From the NCBI GenBank assembly GCA_045586685.1, contig JAZNAU010000009.1, positions 22,420 to 86,419 on the forward strand: DNA of 64,000 nucleotides, given 5' to 3'. The stretch is from Clostridia bacterium. GTDB lineage: Bacteria > Bacillota > Clostridia > HGM11514. The translations under genes and the position numbers were made by a program. The notes below the pieces were generated by a model. The model had not been told where the DNA came from, did no database searches, and saw only the letters and a program-made list of their open reading frames with translations. Each line of letters opens with the position of its first letter. Positions within the stretch are counted from its first letter, which is position 1. Of this stretch, positions 40,336 to 49,829 are shown piece after piece.

Positions 40336-40977
40336 ATGAACAAAAAACAAAAATTTATTGCGGAGATTCGTCCTATTCTGGAGCAAGCCTATCCGGATTC
40401 TTGCTGTTCTCTGAATTTTGAGACAGCCCACGAGCTTTTGATTGCCACTCAGTTAGCAGCTCAATGTACCGATGCACGGGTCAATCTTGTTACCCCCGCC
40501 CTGTTCGAACGATATCCTACCATAGATGCTTTTGCAGAAGCAGACCAAAGCGAACTGGAAGGATACATTCATTCTACAGGATTTTTTCGGAACAAAGCAA
40601 AAAACATTATCGGATGCTGTCAAATGCTTCGTGATGAATTTGGCGGTACTGTTCCCGACTCCATGGAAGAACTGACCAGACTTCCCGGCGTAGGCCGAAA
40701 AACTGCCAATATCATTTTGGGTGATGTGTACGGTTTGCCCTCGGTTGTGGTGGATACTCACTGCATCCGTCTTTCCAACAGAATGGGTCTTACCAAACAA
40801 AAAGATCCGGTTAAAATTGAAATGGAACTGAGACAGATTATTCCGCAAGACTATCAAACAAATTTTTGCCATACTCTGGTTTTTCATGGCCGTGCTTTTT
40901 GTAAAGCACAGCGCCCTGATTGCGAGCATTGCCCTATCAATGCTCTTTGTCCCAAGATTATAGCAAAAAAGAAATAA
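40336..40977 (+). CDS. nth: endonuclease III (DNA glycosylase/AP lyase) with 4Fe-4S cluster
   Basis: HhH-GPD motif LPGVGRKTANIIL; C-terminal C-x6-C-x2-C-x5-C; start at MNKKQKF. Confidence 0.85.
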   Translation: MNKKQKFIAEIRPILEQAYPDSCCSLNFETAHELLIATQLAAQCTDARVNLVTPALFERYPTIDAFAEADQSELEGYIHSTGFFRNKAKNIIGCCQMLRDEFGGTVPDSMEELTRLPGVGRKTANIILGDVYGLPSVVVDTHCIRLSNRMGLTKQKDPVKIEMELRQIIPQDYQTNFCHTLVFHGRAFCKAQRPDCEHCPINALCPKIIAKKK

Positions 40978-41011
40978 TTGACAATCCAATGAAGAAAGGA
41001 AATAATGAAGA

Positions 41012-42730
41012 ATGAAACAGATTTTATTGGGAAACCAAGCTGTGGCAAGAGGATTTTACGAAGCCGGTGCAACGGTGGTTTCATCCTATCCCGGAACCCC
41101 TAGCACGGAAGTAACGGAATTTGCCGCATTGTATGATGAAATTTATGCAGAATGGGCACCAAACGAAAAGGTTGCAGTTGAAACCGCCATTGGTGCGTCG
41201 GTAGCAGGAGCGAGAGCTGCTGCCTGTATGAAGCACGTTGGCTTAAATGTTGCGGCTGACCCTGTGTTTACGGCATCCTATACAGGAACCAACGGCGGAT
41301 TAGTCCTTGTTGTGGCAGATGACCCGGGAATGCATTCCAGCCAGAACGAACAGGATACCAGACGAATATGCATAGCAGCCAAACTTCCCGTGCTGGAGCC
41401 CTCTGACAGTACAGAATGTAAAGAATTTACCAAATTAGCATTTAAACTTTCCGAAGAATACGACACTCCTGTTATATTACGATTATGTACAAGAGTGGCA
41501 CACTCACAAAGCTTGGTAGAGCTTTGTGAGCCGGAAGCGTTTGACAAAAAAGAATATGTAAAAAATGCGGGGAAATATGTGATGATGCCGGCTATGGCAA
41601 AGGTTCGTCATCCTTTGGTAGAAAAGCGGATGAAGGATTTGGCAATCTTGGCAGAAACCGCAGATTTTAATCGAGAAGAAAAGGGAAACGGAAAAATCGG
41701 TGTCATTACCTCTTGTACCTCTTATCAGTATGTGAAAGAAGCCTTGCCCGATGCAGGTGTTTTGAAACTTGGCATGACCTACCCGCTGCCTGAGGAAAAA
41801 ATTAAAAATTTCTGCAAGCAATATGAAACAGTCTATGTGATTGAAGAATTAGAGCCTGTGACGGAAGAATTTTGCCGTCAGTTAGGGTTAAAAGTGATCG
41901 GGAAAGACAAATTCCCCATGGAAGGAGAATACAATACCGAGCTGATTCGCTCCGTAGTAGCAGGAGAACAGGCAACCACCTTTACCATTGATGAAGCTTT
42001 GCCCGTTCGTCCTCCCGTTTTGTGTGCGGGATGCCCTCACAGAGGAGTCCACTACACCCTGAAAAAATTGGGCGTTCGTGTAACGGGTGATATCGGATGT
42101 TACACCTTAGGTGCTCTTGCTCCCATGCAAAGTCTTGATACTTGCGTCTGTATGGGTGCCAGCATTGGTATGATGCACGGAATGGAAAAGGCGGACACCG
42201 CCTCTGCAGAAAAAACCGTAGCTATTTTGGGAGACTCTACCTTTGTTCACAGCGGTATTACCGGTCTTGTAAATCTGGTTTACAATCAGTCTACCGGAAC
42301 AGTCATCATTTTGGATAACTCCATTACCGGCATGACAGGTCATCAGCAAAATCCCACCACCGGTCAGACGTTAAAGGGCGACCAGACCACTGCAATCAAT
42401 TTAGAAGCTCTTTGTAAGTCCTTAGGCATCAATCGTGTAAGAGTGGAAGATCCCTTTGATTTAAAAGGATTGGAGCAGGCAATCAAGGAAGAACTGAATG
42501 CCCGTGAACCTTCTGTAATTATTACAAGAAGACCTTGTGCACTGCTGAAAAACGTCACATTCCCCGGTCCTGTTTCCATTCACGAAACAAAATGCGTAAA
42601 CTGCAAGATGTGTATGAAAATCGGCTGTCCTGCCATTTCTTTAAAGAACGGCAGACCCGTCATAGACCAGACAGTATGTAACGGTTGCGGACTGTGTAAG
42701 CAGGTTTGCAAACCCGGTGCCATTGGATAA
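41012..42730 (+). CDS. iorA: indolepyruvate:ferredoxin oxidoreductase alpha subunit (TPP-dependent aromatic 2-oxoacid oxidoreductase)
   Basis: 572 aa; N-terminal MKQILLGNQAVARG..; TPP-binding GDSTF; C-terminal ferredoxin CxxCxxCxxxC pair. Confidence 0.85.
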   Translation: MKQILLGNQAVARGFYEAGATVVSSYPGTPSTEVTEFAALYDEIYAEWAPNEKVAVETAIGASVAGARAAACMKHVGLNVAADPVFTASYTGTNGGLVLVVADDPGMHSSQNEQDTRRICIAAKLPVLEPSDSTECKEFTKLAFKLSEEYDTPVILRLCTRVAHSQSLVELCEPEAFDKKEYVKNAGKYVMMPAMAKVRHPLVEKRMKDLAILAETADFNREEKGNGKIGVITSCTSYQYVKEALPDAGVLKLGMTYPLPEEKIKNFCKQYETVYVIEELEPVTEEFCRQLGLKVIGKDKFPMEGEYNTELIRSVVAGEQATTFTIDEALPVRPPVLCAGCPHRGVHYTLKKLGVRVTGDIGCYTLGALAPMQSLDTCVCMGASIGMMHGMEKADTASAEKTVAILGDSTFVHSGITGLVNLVYNQSTGTVIILDNSITGMTGHQQNPTTGQTLKGDQTTAINLEALCKSLGINRVRVEDPFDLKGLEQAIKEELNAREPSVIITRRPCALLKNVTFPGPVSIHETKCVNCKMCMKIGCPAISLKNGRPVIDQTVCNGCGLCKQVCKPGAIG

Positions 42731-42748
42731 GAAAGGATTGAAGCAACT

Positions 42749-43315
42749 ATGAATATAATGATTGTTGGTGTTGGCGGTCAGGGAACCCTGCTTGCCAGCA
42801 GAATATTAGGACAGACAGCGGTTTCGGCAGGATATGATGTGAAGGTGTCTGAGGTACACGGTATGTCTCAAAGAGGTGGCAGTGTTGTGACCTTTGTCCG
42901 TTACGGAAACAAAGTTCACTCTCCCATTGTGGAAAAAGGGTCAGCTGATGTGATTCTTGCCTTTGAAGAGCTGGAAGCATACCGCTGGATTAAATATTTA
43001 AAGCCGGAGGGAACGCTGATTGTCAATACACAGCAAAAAGACCCCATGCCCGTTATCACGGGAGCAATGGAATATCCCAAAAATATTTTGGATACATTAC
43101 AACAAAAAGGAATAAAAACCGTTACGGTAAATGCCTTGGAAAAAGCAATGGAAGCAGGAACCGCTAAAGCTACCAACGTGGTGCTGATGGGTGTATTTGC
43201 AGCACACAGCCCTATCAAACGGGAGCAGTTTGAAGAAGCATTAAAAACAACTGTACCACCTAAATTTTTAGAAGTAAACCAAAAGGCATTTGCCTTAGGA
43301 TATGACTTAAACTAA
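42749..43315 (+). CDS. iorB: indolepyruvate:ferredoxin oxidoreductase beta subunit
   Basis: 188 aa; MNIMIVGVGGQGTLLASRILG. Confidence 0.85.
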   Translation: MNIMIVGVGGQGTLLASRILGQTAVSAGYDVKVSEVHGMSQRGGSVVTFVRYGNKVHSPIVEKGSADVILAFEELEAYRWIKYLKPEGTLIVNTQQKDPMPVITGAMEYPKNILDTLQQKGIKTVTVNALEKAMEAGTAKATNVVLMGVFAAHSPIKREQFEEALKTTVPPKFLEVNQKAFALGYDLN

Positions 43316-43331
43316 GAAAGAAGGAAAAAAT

Positions 43332-44639
43332 ATGGCAAATTATTATCAACCGGAGATTGAATGTGCCTCTCCGGAGAAAATTAAGGCACTGCAGGATGAA
43401 CGCTTGGTAAAACAAGTAAAACATGTCTACGAAAATGTTCCTTATTATAAAAAACTTATGGACGAAAAGGGATTGACCCCAAACGACATTAAATCCACTG
43501 CTGACTTACATAAACTTCCCTTTCTGACCAAAAACGATTTAAGAGAAGCGTATCCCTACGGATTGCTGGCAAAACCTCTTTCCGAGTGTGTCAGAATCCA
43601 GTCCACAAGCGGTACTACTGGAAAACGTGTTGTTGCTTTTTATACCCAGCACGATATTGACCTCTGGGAAGACTGCTGTGCCCGTGCGATTATGGCTGTT
43701 GGCGGTACAAAGGACGATGTATGTCATGTCAGCTACGGATACGGTTTGTTTACAGGTGGTCCCGGCTTAAACGGTGGTTCTCATAAGGTAGGATGTCTGA
43801 CTCTGCCCATGTCTTCCGGTAACACAGAACGGCAGATTCAATTTATGAGAGATTTAGGTTCCACCATTCTTTGCTGTACCCCTTCTTATGCAGCCTATAT
43901 CGGTGAAACATTGCATGATATGGGTCTGACCCCGAATGACATAAAATTAAAAGCAGGAATTTTTGGTGCAGAACCATGGACGGAAGAAATGCGCCGTGAT
44001 ATTGAACGTTCTTTAGGGATCAAGGCTTACGATATTTATGGTCTTACCGAAACAAGCGGTCCAGGTGTTTCTTTTGAATGTGAAGAACAAACAGGAATGC
44101 ACATTAACGAAGACCACTTTATAGCAGAAATCATTGATCCTGACACAGGTGAGGTTCTCCCTGAAGGGGAAAAGGGTGAACTGGTATTCACCAGCATTAC
44201 CAAAGAAGCATTTCCTTTGCTTCGTTACCGTACCCGTGACATCTGCGTACTGTCCCGCAAAAAATGTTCCTGTGGCAGAACCTTTGTTAAAATGGCCAAG
44301 CCCATGGGCAGAAGTGACGATATGCTGATTATTCGCGGGGTTAATGTATTTCCATCCCAGATTGAAACGGTTCTTTTGGAACAGGGATATTCCCCCAATT
44401 ACCGCATTGAGGTTGACCGTGTGAACAATACTGATACCTTAGACGTATTTGTAGAGCTGACCTCTGACCAGTTCTCCGATACCGTAAAGGATTTGGCGAA
44501 GAAAGAAAAACAACTGGCAGATGCCGTCAAGACCATGCTGGGCATCAATCCGAAAATGCATCTGGTACCGCCCAAAAGCATTGTAAGAAGTGAAGGAAAA
44601 GCAGTTCGCGTCATTGACAAACGCAAACTTCATGATTGA
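43332..44639 (+). CDS. paaK: phenylacetate--CoA ligase family (aryl-acetate CoA ligase)
   Basis: 435 aa; N-terminus like PaaK (..ALQDERL..Y..LMDEKGL.P.DI.S..DL.KLPF..K.DLR..YP); AMP-binding SSGTTGK motif. Confidence 0.8.
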   Translation: MANYYQPEIECASPEKIKALQDERLVKQVKHVYENVPYYKKLMDEKGLTPNDIKSTADLHKLPFLTKNDLREAYPYGLLAKPLSECVRIQSTSGTTGKRVVAFYTQHDIDLWEDCCARAIMAVGGTKDDVCHVSYGYGLFTGGPGLNGGSHKVGCLTLPMSSGNTERQIQFMRDLGSTILCCTPSYAAYIGETLHDMGLTPNDIKLKAGIFGAEPWTEEMRRDIERSLGIKAYDIYGLTETSGPGVSFECEEQTGMHINEDHFIAEIIDPDTGEVLPEGEKGELVFTSITKEAFPLLRYRTRDICVLSRKKCSCGRTFVKMAKPMGRSDDMLIIRGVNVFPSQIETVLLEQGYSPNYRIEVDRVNNTDTLDVFVELTSDQFSDTVKDLAKKEKQLADAVKTMLGINPKMHLVPPKSIVRSEGKAVRVIDKRKLHD

Positions 44640-44663
44640 TTAAGAGGGAAAGGTGGAACGAAG

Positions 44664-45089
44664 ATGACAGTTACACAAATTTCAATTTTTTTGGAAAATA
44701 AAATGGGCCAGTTGGCAGAAGCAACCACATGGCTGGCAGAAAAAAAGGTAAACTTACGGGCAGTATCCATTGCTGATTCTCAGGACTTTGGTATTTTAAG
44801 AATTATTGCTGAGCATCCGGACAATTTGTTGTCTGACCTAAACGAGGAAGGGTATACTGCGATTGCAACCCAAGTGCTTGCCGTTGCCATTCCCGATCAT
44901 CCCGGTGCAATGGCAAAAATTCTTTCTGTTCTGTCTAATGAAACGGTGGATGTGGAATACACTTACGCATTCCTGTCCAGAAAGGAACAGGAAGCAACCA
45001 TGATTTTCCGTGTGAATGATAACGAGCTTGCAAAAAATGCCCTTCTCAAAGCGGGAATTAAGGTGTTGCAACAAAAAGAACTATTTTAA
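44664..45089 (+). CDS. ACT domain protein (two ACT repeats) often paired with PaaK-like ligases
   Basis: 141 aa; ISIFLENKMGQLAEAT..RAVSIADSQDFGILRI tandem ACT pattern. Confidence 0.7.
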   Translation: MTVTQISIFLENKMGQLAEATTWLAEKKVNLRAVSIADSQDFGILRIIAEHPDNLLSDLNEEGYTAIATQVLAVAIPDHPGAMAKILSVLSNETVDVEYTYAFLSRKEQEATMIFRVNDNELAKNALLKAGIKVLQQKELF

Positions 45090-45102
45090 ACCATTAGTAA
45101 TG

Positions 45103-45135
45103 ATCCCCCCGTACAACGGGGGGTATTTCATTTTC
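45103..45135 (+). terminator. terminator after the ACT gene
   Basis: gatcccccc-gtacaac-ggggggtat + T-rich. Confidence 0.65.
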
Positions 45136-45493
45136 GGGCATAGCCCTATCCTCTACTGGCTACGCACAAGTGTGTTTTTTTGTTGGCTTGCCCAACCATG
45201 GAATTGCTACTTGTTCCCCATAAATGGGCTGTACGGCTCTATCAAGGGGTCCAGGGGCGAAGCCCCTGTGTCGTTTTAAGGGGTGCGGGGGAAATCGAAA
45301 TCCCCCGCGTTTTTGCTACTTTTGTCGCACAAAAGTAGGCCCGCCCGGCAGGGCATACAAAACAAAAAGTCTGAACAACACCTCCCTGTTTTGTACACTG
45401 AAAAACAAAAGTAAATTTCTCGTTTTGATGAATTACTTATATTCTTTACATCTATTCTGTTTCATTTTTGTTTATGGAAACAGGCTGATTCCG

Positions 45494-45904
45494 CTACGGA
45501 ATCAGCCTGTCGCTTTCAATCAATAAAATTCTCTCAATAGGAATCTCTGTTTCATCCTCCATCACAATCAACCCTTCAAATTGCAAGAGCTTCTTTACGT
45601 TTCCCGAAAAAGTCTGGTATGCACCACCCGGCTTTTTTTCATCGGGTACAAAATAGGTGATGGTCACCTGCGGTTTTTCATCAAGGTGCTCCTGCAAATA
45701 AAGAAGCTTTCTGTTAAGCTCTTCCAGTTCATAGTCGTCTAACTCCACATACCCCTCTGTCAGTCTGGCAGTTTCTTTTACCGCCTCATCATGACCGGTC
45801 AGAGCGGCAAATGGAGCAAATTGAGCCGCACGGTCCGATACAGACATCCTTTTTCTGGTTTTAGATTGATGATGGGGTAAATGAATAATATCATCGTATT
45901 CCAT
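45494..45904 (-). CDS. YolD-like protein (accessory partner of Y-family polymerase)
   Basis: 136 aa; directly downstream of the Y-family polymerase gene; conserved-looking motif ..RAAQFAPFAAL.G. Confidence 0.6.
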   Translation of the reverse strand: MEYDDIIHLPHHQSKTRKRMSVSDRAAQFAPFAALTGHDEAVKETARLTEGYVELDDYELEELNRKLLYLQEHLDEKPQVTITYFVPDEKKPGGAYQTFSGNVKKLLQFEGLIVMEDETEIPIERILLIESDRLIP

Positions 45905-45913
45905 AGCGTCCTC

Positions 45914-47416
45914 CTATGCCTTATGCCCACCAATTTGTTTGTTTCGATCTACGGTAGTTGCACCCTCCTGAAGATTGGTCCCCTTCAGAACAGCATTTTT
46001 CCCAAACCTTTTCTTCAGTTCTATGGTGGTTTCCTGTATCTTCCGTTCTTTCAAAAGTTGTATTTCCTGCTGTTTTCGTTGTTTTTCCAATTCATCATAA
46101 TCAGTAAATAAATCAAACTGTTCTACCGCCCTTTGAACGGTCAGCTCCTCGGATACAACGTGATTTGCTACCAAATTGACCCGTCTTACCAGCAATTTTG
46201 AATCCACAATACGATCAAACAGTTCCATGACCGCCTCCATAATCAGCATGGTAGAAGAGGTCTGTTTTTCAAGATTCACACTTCCGTGAGCATGCTTTGG
46301 AATTTTTCTCCCATAATGGTCGGTCACCACTTCTCCCTGATAATATTGGCTGATTTCTGGATTGGTCAGATTTTCAATATCGTAGCCTACCGTCAGAACC
46401 ATCTGATCGGTTACCACTCTTTTTTCTACCAAATCCAAAACGAGCAGTTCGGTCATTTCCCGAACAATCAGCTTTGCTTTTTCGAACTCATAGGGACAAT
46501 GAAGCACCTGCCCTGCCCCTATGCTTTTATTTTCCGGCCGATAGGACTTTACATCCGCAATGGTGCAAGGCTCCCAGCCCCAAGCATGATCAATCAAAAG
46601 CTCTGCATTGATACCAAACAGCTTATAAAGCTTATTTTCTCCATAAGAGGAAAGAGAACATCTTGCAATATCGCCCATGGTAGTAAGCCGATTTGCTTCA
46701 AGCTTTTTGGCATAGCCCTTCCCTATTCGCCAAAAATCCGTCAAAGGACGATGATTCCAGAGTTGTTTGCGATAAGACATTTCATCCAGCTCTGCAATTC
46801 TTACGCCGTCGCTATCCGCCTCAATCCGTTTAGCCATAATATCCATGGCAATTTTTGCAAGATACATATTTGTTCCAATGCCTGCCGTGGCAGTAATTCC
46901 CGTGGTTTTCAGCACGTCGCAAATGATTGTCATTGCCAGTTCGCGAGCCGTCATCTTATACGCACTCAAATAATTGGTAATATCCATAAACACTTCATCA
47001 ATAGAATACACATGAATATCCTCAGGAGCAATGTATTTAAGATAAATATGATAAATGCGGGTGCTCCACTCCATATAAAGTGCCATTCTTGGCGGTGCGA
47101 TATGATAAGACATTTTCCAATCGGGATGCTCTGTTAACTCTTTAAAATCAGCAGATTCTCCTGAAAAGTGTTTTTTCGGTATTTTTCTTCTTCGTTCTTC
47201 ATTGATGTTCTTTACTGTTTGCACCACCTCAAACAATCTTGCTCTCCCTGATATCCCAAAGGATTTTAACGAAGGAGTGACTGCAAGGCAAATGGTTTTC
47301 TCGGTTCTGGAAATATCCGCAACCACCAGATTGGTGGTCATGGGATCAAGCCCCCGTTCCATACATTCCACAGAGGCATAAAAACTTTTTAAATCAATAC
47401 ATAAATAATGACTCAT
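45914..47416 (-). CDS. Y-family DNA polymerase (UmuC/DinB/UvrX-like translesion polymerase)
   Basis: 500 aa; N-terminus MSHYLCIDLKSFYASVE (Y-family active site with D..FYAS(V)E) and palm/fingers/little-finger-length architecture. Confidence 0.85.
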   Translation of the reverse strand: MSHYLCIDLKSFYASVECMERGLDPMTTNLVVADISRTEKTICLAVTPSLKSFGISGRARLFEVVQTVKNINEERRRKIPKKHFSGESADFKELTEHPDWKMSYHIAPPRMALYMEWSTRIYHIYLKYIAPEDIHVYSIDEVFMDITNYLSAYKMTARELAMTIICDVLKTTGITATAGIGTNMYLAKIAMDIMAKRIEADSDGVRIAELDEMSYRKQLWNHRPLTDFWRIGKGYAKKLEANRLTTMGDIARCSLSSYGENKLYKLFGINAELLIDHAWGWEPCTIADVKSYRPENKSIGAGQVLHCPYEFEKAKLIVREMTELLVLDLVEKRVVTDQMVLTVGYDIENLTNPEISQYYQGEVVTDHYGRKIPKHAHGSVNLEKQTSSTMLIMEAVMELFDRIVDSKLLVRRVNLVANHVVSEELTVQRAVEQFDLFTDYDELEKQRKQQEIQLLKERKIQETTIELKKRFGKNAVLKGTNLQEGATTVDRNKQIGGHKA

Positions 47417-47551
47417 TCCTTCTCCTAAATAAAGTTGGTAGAAATTCTCGGTTTCTTTTTCATGAAAGAAAGTTCAATTATATCAGACACAAGAAAAAAT
47501 GTCAACGAATCATCAAACGTCCCGGAAGTACCATCCGATTCCACTCAAACA

Positions 47552-48895
47552 TCACAGTTTTTTGGTCCCTTTTGCCAAGGTTTGCTTTAAAGCAGACTCC
47601 TTTGGAATTCCCGCCAGCCTCAGTTTATGAGCATAGCGTAATAGTTCTGAAAAACTCTCTCCCGGTGTCAAACCGTTCTGTATCAAATCCTGTCCTGTTA
47701 CATAAGGTCTTTTCATATATTCTTCAAAAACTCTCAGCCGTTCCCACAAAAAAGCTTCTGTATTCTCACAGTCTGCACGGGGAATTTTCCCCAAGCTGTC
47801 ACAAACAGCAAGATGAATCAAGTCAATCGGCTCCTTGGCGCTGTCAAACAGTTTATTGGTTGCCTTTACCGAAGATGAAGCACCTGCCATAACATTAGGC
47901 TTCATATGAAGCTCAGACATATTCAGCACATATTGAATCAATGCCCTTTCCTTTGTCAGTCTTTTCATAAAAGCATGAATCATCGGCAATCCAGCCCTTT
48001 CATGCTGATAGGCATGAAATTCACCATTTTTCAATTCTGTGCAAATCACTTTTCCAAAATCGTGAACCAAGGCAGTCAGCATAAAGCCCAAAGGATCGTT
48101 TACCCTTGACCTTCGTTTTGCCGCCTCATCCAGGACCATCATGCTGTGAGTCCACACATCTCCTTCTGCATGATGCTTTCTGTTTTGCTCGATTCCGACT
48201 AATTGTTCCGCCTCAGGAAACCAGTCTTTTACCTGATTCATTTTCCTTAAGGTTTCAAAAAACAAAGAAGGTTTTTCCGCCTTCAAAAGTGCTTTCTCCA
48301 TTTCTCCAAACACCCGTTCAGCGGAAAGCGGTTTGACATCAATATGACGACACAACTCAATCGTTTCATCCGCAACAGTAAATTGAAACCGAGCTGCAAA
48401 TTGAGCACAACGAAATACACGGAGGGGGTCCTCGCTGAAGGCATGGTCATTTACATGGCGGATGATTCCGTGTTCTAAATCCTCTATCCCGTTAAAATGA
48501 TCCAGTATTTCTCCTGTCATCACATCCATCATTAACGAATTGATTGTAAAATCCCTTCGGCATGCTGCCTTCTTTGTCCCAATAAACGGGTCAACATAAA
48601 TCGTAAAATCACGGTGTCCCATCCCTGTTGCCCGTTCCTGACGGGGCATGGCAATATCAAGAGAACATCCCTTTAAATGGTAAATTCCAAAGCTTTTTCC
48701 TATTTCAATGGAATTGCCAACCGATTCCAGAATTTCCTCCAACTCCTGGCTAGTAATACCATGAATCTCAATATCTACATCTTTATTTTCAATATTCAGC
48801 AGCCGATCCCGTACATACCCGCCTACATAATAAGCATTTCCTCCCTTAAGGGAAACAGCTTTTGCAATCTGTTTGGCATATTCGATTGTTGTCAT
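47552..48895 (-). CDS. cca: CCA tRNA nucleotidyltransferase (pol-beta head + HD domain)
   Basis: 447 aa; GGxVRD (YYVGGYVRDRLL), DVDIE, RRDFTIN motifs; HD motif HD..K. Confidence 0.85.
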   Translation of the reverse strand: MTTIEYAKQIAKAVSLKGGNAYYVGGYVRDRLLNIENKDVDIEIHGITSQELEEILESVGNSIEIGKSFGIYHLKGCSLDIAMPRQERATGMGHRDFTIYVDPFIGTKKAACRRDFTINSLMMDVMTGEILDHFNGIEDLEHGIIRHVNDHAFSEDPLRVFRCAQFAARFQFTVADETIELCRHIDVKPLSAERVFGEMEKALLKAEKPSLFFETLRKMNQVKDWFPEAEQLVGIEQNRKHHAEGDVWTHSMMVLDEAAKRRSRVNDPLGFMLTALVHDFGKVICTELKNGEFHAYQHERAGLPMIHAFMKRLTKERALIQYVLNMSELHMKPNVMAGASSSVKATNKLFDSAKEPIDLIHLAVCDSLGKIPRADCENTEAFLWERLRVFEEYMKRPYVTGQDLIQNGLTPGESFSELLRYAHKLRLAGIPKESALKQTLAKGTKKL

Positions 48896-49020
48896 CCTTT
48901 TGTATCACCTACTCAAAAACACATTTTTTGTTTCGGCTTTTTCCCATTTTATTTTCCCCAATAAAAAATAAGGAATACCAAAGCTTGAAAAAAATTGCCT
49001 GAAAACTTGGATGTTTCAGG

Positions 49021-49680
49021 CTAAAATAATTGCAGTAATTCAGAAGGATGAGAAATAATCAGGTCAGCACCGTTTTCAATCAATTCCTCCCGTTTTCGAA
49101 AGCCCCACAAAACGCCCACTGTGTAAGCACCCAAGGCTTTTCCTGTTTTCATATCAACTCCCGTATCCCCTACATATACCGTTTCCTCAGGTAAAATACC
49201 AAATTCCTTTAGTACATTTAAAGCTCCTGTGGGATCGGGTTTGATAGGAAGCCCCTCCTGTTGACCGCAACAACTGTCAAATAATTGATTCCCAAACAGT
49301 TTTTCCGTACAAAGTAATGCAGTAGTGTGAGGCTTGTTGGTAACAATCCCCAGCTTAATGCCCTGTTCTTTAAGTTGCGTTAAAAGTGGCATCATACCGT
49401 CGTAAACCTTTGACAAGTAGACAGGATTTTCATTATAAAATTTACGAAATACCGTAATTGCTTTTTGAAAGGTTTCATCATCATCACGATGATGAAGCGC
49501 CAAAAGACGATGAACCAGAATGTCTGCTCCGTTCCCTACCAAATATTTATATTCATTTTCATCCTCCGGTGCCTTTAAACCCACTGTATCCAATGCATTT
49601 TTGGAGCAATAGGAAAGATCCGCAAGGGTATCCACCAAGGTTCCGTCAAAATCAAATAATGTTGCTTTATACATTTTCAC
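49021..49680 (-). CDS. HAD-IA family hydrolase (phosphoglycolate phosphatase-like)
   Basis: 219 aa; FDFDGTLVDT motif I; C-terminal GD.G.D. Confidence 0.75.
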   Translation of the reverse strand: MKMYKATLFDFDGTLVDTLADLSYCSKNALDTVGLKAPEDENEYKYLVGNGADILVHRLLALHHRDDDETFQKAITVFRKFYNENPVYLSKVYDGMMPLLTQLKEQGIKLGIVTNKPHTTALLCTEKLFGNQLFDSCCGQQEGLPIKPDPTGALNVLKEFGILPEETVYVGDTGVDMKTGKALGAYTVGVLWGFRKREELIENGADLIISHPSELLQLF

Positions 49681-49829
49681 TCATCCTTTTTCATAATGAT
49701 TAACGATAGTATTATATCAGAAACAGAATAGAAAGTCAATAAAAGGACATTTGATACAATATTTTTCTTGTATTCTGTCGAAATTTGTGATACAATTTAC
49801 ATAACAAGAAAAAAGTGAGGGTATTTATA

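Noticed and set aside
47463-47476. Calling tGAAAgaaaGTTCa a LexA box outright
   Set aside because: It deviates from the Cheo consensus at a core position; kept only as a weak candidate in the findings.
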